Notes under the pieces: generated by a model | Database searches by the model: none | The model's input: the letters and a program-made list of their open reading frames with translations, nothing else | What the model was told of the DNA's origin: nothing | Source: Vulcanisaeta sp. AZ3 | GTDB lineage: Archaea > Thermoproteota > Thermoprotei > Thermoproteales > Thermocladiaceae | DNA: 32,977 nucleotides | Assembly: GCA_000960865.2 (NCBI GenBank) | Contig: JZWU02000016.1 | Coordinates: forward strand, 1 to 32,977 | Direction of reading: 5' to 3' | Part shown: piece after piece, positions 26,510-32,977 of the stretch | Position numbering within the stretch: position 1 is the first letter of the stretch | Layout: every line of letters starts with the position of its first letter | Position numbers and translations under genes: made by a program

Positions 26510-28321
26510 TTATTCTATGGGTAATCCCTTCTCCTTTATCTCCTTTAGATCCTTAACTTCATAACCTAATTCCACGGCTATGAAGTAGGCGATAAGGCTT
26601 AGTATCGCCATTGTTATGTAGTCATATGGGTACGGTATTAACGGTGTTGATAATGGTCCCAGAGAACCTATGTATGATGTTACGCCCAAGAATAAATTGT
26701 ATATTGGTATCCAAAGTGCCGCCTTTGCATCTGGATGTTTAGACCTCACCCAGATGTATATGAGGCTTAGTACTTGAATTAGCGTTATTATGGTCCAGTA
26801 GATTATGAACGACATCATTACGCCTAACCCTGAGAACCAACCTAAGTACCAACCAACTATTGTTAGTACGGACACTACCCAATACACTGTGGCAAAGGTG
26901 GCCGAAGAGATTGATGTGAAGTTTATTTCCTTTCTGTATGGTCCTAAGATTAGGAGTGGAAATCCAAGTATAACTCCCTCTATTATTGCATTTACGTAGG
27001 ACCAACCAGACCAATAGATAAGTAGTGAGGCGACTATGAAGCTTAATGGATAGAATATGTACCATGCAGGTGGTTTAAATGGTCTCTTTAGGTCTGGTGC
27101 TACTCTCCTTAATACATGGTTTGTTATTCCAACTTGTAAATAACCATATACCGTCATTACTGCTGAGTATGACATTATAGCATACCAGGTTGGGAATGGG
27201 GCTAGGAAAGCGATACCGAGAATTGCCGCTACAACAAAGGCTATCCAAGGCGTTTGAAACTTCCTATGTAATTGCGAGAAGAACTTAGGTATGTAGCCAA
27301 CCCTCGAGAGACCGTAAATATTCCTACCACTTGTACCAAAATAAACAGCCAACGTACCAGCAGGCGAGATAATGGCATCTATTAAAAGCAATACTGCTAA
27401 CCCCATTAATACTGGTATCCCAGTAGCCATGGCCTCGCTAGCAAATGGGTGAGCAGTCCAATCACTACTAGCCAGTGCCTGCCAATCACCAGGAGAGACC
27501 CCAGCAGCCTTCCAATTAATGGCGCCTATGAACGCAGTCTCAAGCAGTATGTAAAGTATTATTGTAACGATTAGAGCTAGTATTGTACCTAATGGGACGT
27601 CCCTCTGTGGATTCTTACCCTCACCTGCATAGTCGAGGCCTTGTCTGAAGCCTTCATAAGCCCAAACAATGCCTGTGGTAATCATACCTGCAAATATTGC
27701 TGAGTAACCATAGGGTGCAAATCCGCCGGGTAATTTGCCAATAACGTAATCTGGATGGAAGTATAAAGCCATTAGGAGAATTATTGTTAGGCCTGGTATC
27801 AGTATCTTCCAAGCCGTTATAAACCTATTAAACCAACCAAAAACATTAACACCAACTAATTGTATGGCGAAGAATACTAAAATTAATAGAGCCGCAACTA
27901 GGAGACCAAGTGGCGTTAGAACGTTGAGGGTTGAGTTCCAAAAGGCAGGTACGTAAAAGCTTGCGTACTCCACAATGGCCACAGCCTCAACCGTAACCGT
28001 TGTGATGGCGCCGATTGTATACGCCCATGCTAAGAAGTAATTACTAATGATACCATGGCTATAATGATTATACCTAGCCAGGGAACCAGTGAATGGGAAT
28101 AAACCGCCTAATTCAGCGAAGGGATACACCATGAATATGAAGAAAATGCCTGCTATGACCCAGGAAAGCAATGACGCAGGGCCCATAGCACCAGATGCAC
28201 CTAATGCCGCAAATAACCAACCACTACCAACCATACCTGTGAAAGCAAGCATAAAGTAATCAAGCATAGTTAGAGACCTTCTAAGTCTAACTTGGGACTG
28301 AACGGGGTTAGTTTCAGCCAT
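26510..28321 (-). CDS. APC-family amino acid permease
   Basis: LRRSLT, GMVGSGWLF, FAELGG, WAYEGF, AGEGKNPQRDVP, LRRVAPDLKRPF; many TM segments. Confidence 0.93.
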   Translation of the reverse strand: MAETNPVQSQVRLRRSLTMLDYFMLAFTGMVGSGWLFAALGASGAMGPASLLSWVIAGIFFIFMVYPFAELGGLFPFTGSLARYNHYSHGIISNYFLAWAYTIGAITTVTVEAVAIVEYASFYVPAFWNSTLNVLTPLGLLVAALLILVFFAIQLVGVNVFGWFNRFITAWKILIPGLTIILLMALYFHPDYVIGKLPGGFAPYGYSAIFAGMITTGIVWAYEGFRQGLDYAGEGKNPQRDVPLGTILALIVTIILYILLETAFIGAINWKAAGVSPGDWQALASSDWTAHPFASEAMATGIPVLMGLAVLLLIDAIISPAGTLAVYFGTSGRNIYGLSRVGYIPKFFSQLHRKFQTPWIAFVVAAILGIAFLAPFPTWYAIMSYSAVMTVYGYLQVGITNHVLRRVAPDLKRPFKPPAWYIFYPLSFIVASLLIYWSGWSYVNAIIEGVILGFPLLILGPYRKEINFTSISSATFATVYWVVSVLTIVGWYLGWFSGLGVMMSFIIYWTIITLIQVLSLIYIWVRSKHPDAKAALWIPIYNLFLGVTSYIGSLGPLSTPLIPYPYDYITMAILSLIAYFIAVELGYEVKDLKEIKEKGLPIE

Positions 28322-28389
28322 ACTTATACTATCTTTAATATCGACTTTTTAAGTTTTAACTCTATATACCTTGGTAAGGAATAATTTTG

Positions 28390-28467
28390 TGGTGCCCCGG
28401 CCGGGATTTGAACCCGGGTCACGGGCTCGAGAGGCCCGCATACTTGACCGGGCTATACGACCGGGGC
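28390..28467 (-). tRNA. tRNA-Glu(CTC), intron-less, CCA encoded
   Basis: GCCCCGG...CGGGC CTCTCGA GCCCG TGAC CCGGG TTCAAAT CCCGG CCGGGGC A CCA. Confidence 0.97.
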
Positions 28468-28577
28468 TCGTGTTGTTTATGGTTTATGGCGTTTTAAGTT
28501 TTTCTTTTATTTGGATTATCGTTATGAGTAATTTATTATTCCCTTGTTATTAGTGGGTCCCTTCTTGTTTTGGGTGC

Positions 28578-28943
28578 TTATTGTATGTTGCTTGTCAGGG
28601 CCTTTAGTTGTTGTTTTATTAGTCGTATTTGTCTTCTAATTCTTCTTAGCCTTTTTATGGCTTTTATTACTTCGGGTCTTGTGTGGTTTGTTAGTTTTAA
28701 TTCCTTTATTAATTCCAATACCTGGCTTTCCTGGTTCTTTAATTCTACGTACTTAGTGAGTAATTGCCTTATTTGGAGCCTTACGTCTCTTTCTTTCTGT
28801 ATTTGTTGCCCTGTGTCTATTCCCGCAAGTCTTCTCTCTATTTCTCTTAAAGTCTCCTCCTCTGTCATTAATTGGTTTAATACTTTCTCATAATCAATAC
28901 CACCCATGTATCTACCGTACTTTCTTATTAACTCGTCGATCAT
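28578..28943 (-). CDS. Hypothetical basic coiled-coil protein
   Basis: 121 aa with heptad pattern; ATGA overlap with the upstream ORF. Confidence 0.7.
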   Translation of the reverse strand: MIDELIRKYGRYMGGIDYEKVLNQLMTEEETLREIERRLAGIDTGQQIQKERDVRLQIRQLLTKYVELKNQESQVLELIKELKLTNHTRPEVIKAIKRLRRIRRQIRLIKQQLKALTSNIQ

Positions 28944-29308
28944 TTTTCGATCAACCTCCTTATGATGCTTTCTCCCACGTATTCCTCCTCAACTCTAATT
29001 GTTTTATCTTCAATAGCTTCCTCGTCATGAACTATGTTCTCTATTGCTTCCTCTGCGATTTCTTCATTATCGTATTCCTCGTAATTTCTAGAGTTCACGT
29101 ATTTGCTTAATTGTATCCCGCTTAGCCTTATTATCTCCCTAAGGCTCTCCTCATCGATCTTCCCATTTACGTATAGTTTTAATGTATCCCTAACGATCTT
29201 ATGGGACTCATCCTTTAATCTAATTGATAATTCCCTTAACCTAATCGGCCAGTTTAATTGATAGTTTATGATTTCCTGGGTTGTTTCTTGGGCTTTCCTC
29301 TTAATCAC
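28940..29308 (-). CDS. Hypothetical protein with acidic C-terminal half
   Basis: 122 aa, GTG start, coupled to the downstream ORF. Confidence 0.7.
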   Translation of the reverse strand: MIKRKAQETTQEIINYQLNWPIRLRELSIRLKDESHKIVRDTLKLYVNGKIDEESLREIIRLSGIQLSKYVNSRNYEEYDNEEIAEEAIENIVHDEEAIEDKTIRVEEEYVGESIIRRLIEK

Positions 29309-29377
29309 GCCATAGGTTTTGCTTTATTATTAATTAGATTATTAGTTAAGTTTCTTCTGTGGGGCTGATCGAAATTT

Positions 29378-29584
29378 TTAGAGAAGTCCTCTTTCACGTA
29401 GGAATTCTCTAAAGAGGTCTGTCTTGGTTAACATGGACCACTCTTCTTTTGGCACACTCATGTATTTTTGGAACTCTAGCCAGAATGTCATGTGCGCCGT
29501 ATCATATCTGCTCTTTAATTTTACGTGTTTAAGTAGTGAACTTGAGTTTGCATATTCCCTTCCGCATACGGGGCAAAAGACCAT
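29378..29584 (-). CDS. Small C2H2-type zinc-finger protein
   Basis: FCPVCGREYANSSSLLKH..H = C-x2-C-x12-H-x10-H. Confidence 0.75.
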   Translation of the reverse strand: MVFCPVCGREYANSSSLLKHVKLKSRYDTAHMTFWLEFQKYMSVPKEEWSMLTKTDLFREFLRERGLL

Positions 29585-29746
29585 TGGGTTTGTCCATGAT
29601 GGGTCCTCCTTATTAATTTAGTGGTTAGCTTAATTATTAATGATTATTGAGTTATGAAGTGCACATTCCCATAATTATGTCAGTTTCTGTGTAAACAATG
29701 CTTAATTTTGTGCTGAATATATGAATTATGTTTAAATTTAGAATAA

Positions 29747-30934
29747 TTAGAGCAGTTTGATTATTAGGGAGAGTATTAGGCTTGCTATTACTAGGCCCAG
29801 GAGTGATGACCAACCCATCTTCAATGCTTGGTCTGGTCTGTATCTGCCGTAGACTGCTCTGGTGAATACTAGAATCATCATTACTATGTATGTTTTTATT
29901 CCAAACCATATTGCGTATGAGAGGGCTCCGAGTGGTGGTATGTAGGGTCCTGCCCAGCCATTTAGGAATAGTAGGACCATTAGTAGGCTTAGTATGTATA
30001 GTTTTTCGTAGCTCATTGTCATGACTAAGCCATAGGTGATGCCGCTGTACTCTGTGTATGGTCCAAGTACTATCTCTGTATCAGCCTCTGGTATTTCGAA
30101 GGGGAACCTAGATGTTGCCATTAGTGTGGCTATGAAGAAGGCTAGGAATGCTAGTGGATTTGCTATTATTCCAGGTAGGTGGGTTGTCTGCCAATTAACT
30201 ATTTCGAATGGGTTTGCTGTTCCGTATATTACTAGGATGGCTACTACGGATAGTATTAGTATTGCTTCGTAGCCTGTGTATAATAGGGCTTCTCTCACGG
30301 TGCCTATGTATGTGAATCTATCATTGCTTGCCCACCCGAGTAGTATTATGCCTATGTTGAAGAGGGTTATTAGGGCTATTGCTATGAGTACATCATACCC
30401 TGTGTAGATTCCGTAAATTCCATTCACAATTCCATTTGTCTCAAGGGGTCCTATTGGTATGAAGAAGATGGGTAATGTGGATAGTATGAATACTAGGGCT
30501 GGTGCGTGTATGAAGTAATTCTTATCAGCTTGTTGTGGTACCACGAATTCCTGAAATGTATATCTAAATAGGTCAGCGAATGGTTGTAAGAAGCCTCCTA
30601 TGGATCTAGAGACCTCTAGGGGTCCAATTCTCCATTGAACTTTTGCGGTTATTTTTCTTTCGAACCATATTATGTATATTAGGGCTATGGTGACTGATAC
30701 AAGTCCTGGCACAAAGAGTAGGTCGAATATTGGTCTCCAGAGTATTAGGTGTACGATTATGTTAATGATGGGTACCTTATTTAGGAAGTTAATTATTGGG
30801 CTTAGGAATGGTATATTTACCTCAGGTCTTGTTAATATGTATTGTATTATTGAGTATAGTAGTCTTATTGCTGATGTTATTGTGCTTGATATTAGGCTGG
30901 ATGCCCAGCTAATTATTGATAATGCAATCTTCAT
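29747..30934 (-). CDS. nuoH: NADH:quinone oxidoreductase-like complex subunit H, with N-terminal extension
   Basis: WFERKITAKVQWRIGP, GFLQPFAD, GWASN, RFPFEIPEADTEIVLGPYTEYSG, RYRPDQ. Confidence 0.93.
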   Translation of the reverse strand: MKIALSIISWASSLISSTITSAIRLLYSIIQYILTRPEVNIPFLSPIINFLNKVPIINIIVHLILWRPIFDLLFVPGLVSVTIALIYIIWFERKITAKVQWRIGPLEVSRSIGGFLQPFADLFRYTFQEFVVPQQADKNYFIHAPALVFILSTLPIFFIPIGPLETNGIVNGIYGIYTGYDVLIAIALITLFNIGIILLGWASNDRFTYIGTVREALLYTGYEAILILSVVAILVIYGTANPFEIVNWQTTHLPGIIANPLAFLAFFIATLMATSRFPFEIPEADTEIVLGPYTEYSGITYGLVMTMSYEKLYILSLLMVLLFLNGWAGPYIPPLGALSYAIWFGIKTYIVMMILVFTRAVYGRYRPDQALKMGWSSLLGLVIASLILSLIIKLL

Positions 30935-30981
30935 GGGATTAACCCGGCATTAACAATGCCGTGGAGGTTTTAAGCTTTAAC

Positions 30982-32031
30982 CTAGCCGAAGAAGGAGTCT
31001 AGGGTTGATTCTCCTTTCTTACTCATGGCCTTCCTCAGTCTCTCTACGGCGTTTTTAACCCTGTCTTCATTGAAATCATGCTCGTGTACGAGGAACTCAA
31101 TTATTCCTCTTTCGTCTGGTTGTTTAAATTCTATTGTATAGTTTGGGTTGTATGGTGGGTTTAGGAAGTAGTCACGTATTTTTAGTGGGTCTGTGGAGAA
31201 TTGAATATTTTTCAGAGGTCCCTGGAGTAATTTCTCAAGTTCTCCGAATTCTTGTATTAATTTTAATGCTTTTTGTGGACCTATACCGGGTACTCCGTCT
31301 GGGTTTAGGTCTGTGCCTAATAATATGGATAGGTCTATTAATTGTGTTCTATCCTTGAGCTTCAGTGCCTTGAGTACGTCGTTTAGCTCTAAAATCTCAG
31401 GCTTAATTTCGATATACTCATCTCTATTGGGAAGTTTTCTACGCCCAGTAATTGCTAGGTTCCTAACCAATCGGGGAGCTCCGAATAATAATGAGTCATA
31501 GTCCTGACTACCAGCTGCCCATGCTCTGCTATTTTTAGCAATTAATGCGGCTTGAGCTTCTCCATCGGCCACTGCCTGTACTACAGGTATGCCCATTAGG
31601 GTTAATAATCTCTTTGCGTCATTGACTATATCATCAGTTAGGAATAGGGCCCTTTGAGCATATTTCTTTGCCTCTTCCTTCTTACCATTCTCAAGTAGTT
31701 TTATCCACTTATCCTTTGCCTCCTCCCTAACCTTCCTTCTTCTTGTTATCTCCAGGGCTTTTTCTTCTGGTGGTTTTCCATCAAACACGTATACAGGCCA
31801 TATCTTATTCTCGAGTAGATTTATGGTTCTATAGAGGAGTCCGCTTAGATGGCTTGTTACTCTTCCCTTTGAGTCCATGAGTGGTGTTCCATCTGGCTGC
31901 CTTATCGAGGCTAGGAATTGGTATAGGGCGTTATAGGCGTCTAGGGCTATGGTTCTGTTTGATAGTTGTGTGAATTCCACGGTCTTTCTTATATTGTCGG
32001 GTATTAACTTGCCAAGTTCGGTAACACCCAT
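30982..32031 (-). CDS. fen: Flap endonuclease 1
   Basis: MGVTELGKLI, DAYNALYQFLASIRQPDGTPLMD, VFDGKPP, GEAQAA, SQDYDSLLFG, GTD, PIP-like TLDSFF. Confidence 0.98.
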   Translation of the reverse strand: MGVTELGKLIPDNIRKTVEFTQLSNRTIALDAYNALYQFLASIRQPDGTPLMDSKGRVTSHLSGLLYRTINLLENKIWPVYVFDGKPPEEKALEITRRRKVREEAKDKWIKLLENGKKEEAKKYAQRALFLTDDIVNDAKRLLTLMGIPVVQAVADGEAQAALIAKNSRAWAAGSQDYDSLLFGAPRLVRNLAITGRRKLPNRDEYIEIKPEILELNDVLKALKLKDRTQLIDLSILLGTDLNPDGVPGIGPQKALKLIQEFGELEKLLQGPLKNIQFSTDPLKIRDYFLNPPYNPNYTIEFKQPDERGIIEFLVHEHDFNEDRVKNAVERLRKAMSKKGESTLDSFFG

Positions 32032-32081
32032 TTAATTACCCATAAAGTGAGATTACTTATCTCTTTATCCCTTTTTCTTCA

Positions 32082-32309
32082 TCATTCTTTAATTGCCCTA
32101 ATGTGATAATTTACACTTTCTTTTTTAACTACCTTTTGAACTATGATAAGCCTGCTAAGCTCAAGCCGCATTAATGCTCTTAAAACTTCCTTCTCCGTTA
32201 TGTCTGGATACCAAGCCTTGAGCGCCTGTAATAAGTCATTAAACCATATATCGCCCTTCTCCCTGACTAAGCCTAGTACCAATGCCTCAACAGGTACTGG
32301 TCTTTTCAT
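32082..32309 (-). CDS. Small winged-helix protein
   Basis: 75 aa, 'ITEKEVLRALMRLELSRLIIV' recognition helix plus wing. Confidence 0.75.
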   Translation of the reverse strand: MKRPVPVEALVLGLVREKGDIWFNDLLQALKAWYPDITEKEVLRALMRLELSRLIIVQKVVKKESVNYHIRAIKE

Positions 32310-32359
32310 AATGATTCATAGGCCAGTTATGTTATGAGTTAATAATCTTAATCCCATAA

Positions 32360-32977
32360 TTACACGTACAGTGTGGCTGCTCTCTGTCTCTCGCGTGATA
32401 TTGTCTGCTTTATTCTGTCGTACCAGGTCTCGTAGAACTTAATCATCTCAGGTGTCACTGAGGGCTTTACTTTCTTCATAGCTTCGATGAAGTGTTTCAT
32501 GGATACCTCATCAGCTCCATTAGCCTCTCTCATGGCCAATAGGCCGGCCTCTCTAGCTAATAACTCTATATCGGCGCCTGTGTATCCCTCTGTCATCTTA
32601 GCTAATTCCTCGAGGTCTACATCTCTGGCGAGGGGCATGTTCTTTGTATGTATCTTTAGTATTTCGTATCTTGCTTTTTGGTTTGGTGGTGGTACGTAGA
32701 CTATTCTGTCGAATCTGCCAGGCCTAAGTAGGGCTGGGTCTACAATATCAGGCCTATTCGTTGCTGCTATAACAACGACATTGTCGAGCCTCGATATTCC
32801 ATCCACCTCAGCCAGTAATTGAGCTACTATTCTATCCATTGCTGGTGATTCTTCAGAGGCATAGCCTCTTGCTGGTGCTAGTGCGTCTATTTCGTCGAAG
32901 AATACTACGCATGGTGCTGCCATTCTTGCCTTCTTGAATATCTCTCTAATCGCCCTCTCACTCTCACCAAACCACTT
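32360..32977 (-). CDS. cdc48: Cdc48/VAT AAA+ ATPase, C-terminal part (5' end outside window)
   Basis: Frame is open to the window edge: [45 protein letters not shown]; ends in HbYX motif LYV. Confidence 0.95.
   Translation of the reverse strand, partial: KWFGESERAIREIFKKARMAAPCVVFFDEIDALAPARGYASEESPAMDRIVAQLLAEVDGISRLDNVVVIAATNRPDIVDPALLRPGRFDRIVYVPPPNQKARYEILKIHTKNMPLARDVDLEELAKMTEGYTGADIELLAREAGLLAMREANGADEVSMKHFIEAMKKVKPSVTPEMIKFYETWYDRIKQTISRERQRAATLYV

Noticed and set aside
28371-28553. 60-aa plus-strand ORF
   Set aside because: It is the antisense reading of tRNA-Glu.
245-32699. Many 60-120 aa antisense or alternate-frame ORFs in the track (e.g. 2656..3027, 7398..7709, 19704..21423, 30036..30272)
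   Set aside because: They are shadows of well-supported genes on the opposite strand or frame.
1-32977. CRISPR arrays, transposases, integrases, rRNA
   Set aside because: None seen: no regularly spaced repeats and no ORF with such motifs.

Overview
Archaeal chromosomal DNA, very likely Thermoproteales (Vulcanisaeta/Caldivirga-like; inferred from protein families, leaderless BRE-TATA promoters and multi-intron tRNAs). The core is an ~11 kb dissimilatory sulfur cluster (5.6-16.7 kb): dsrA-dsrB-ORF150-dsrC and sqr-DUF1641 on the minus strand, divergent from dsrM-dsrK, a Cys-rich winged-helix protein, a uroporphyrinogen-III methyltransferase and a CbiA-like dsrN. Other genes encode a fused AhbAB siroheme decarboxylase, A-ATPase subunits, an aldo-keto reductase, a CoA transferase, a SelB-like protein, a tungsten AOR, a GT2, a MoxR/RavA ATPase, a dihydrolipoamide dehydrogenase-family enzyme, an APC permease, nuoH, FEN1 and Cdc48 (partial). 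There are three tRNAs. Best observations: (1) a 19-bp palindrome TTYYACRT-N3-ATGTGDAA sits at promoter position in front of four transcription units of the sulfur cluster, with a candidate Cys-rich regulator inside the cluster; (2) the initiator tRNA-Met has a BHB intron in the 3' strand of the acceptor stem (69/70), followed by an intron-less near-duplicate of its 3' end; (3) dsrC and sqr are each broken at an A5 run that needs A6; (4) a 45-aa coiled-coil ORF missing from the ORF track lies next to the ATPase genes. All calls were made by eye; no database search was run.
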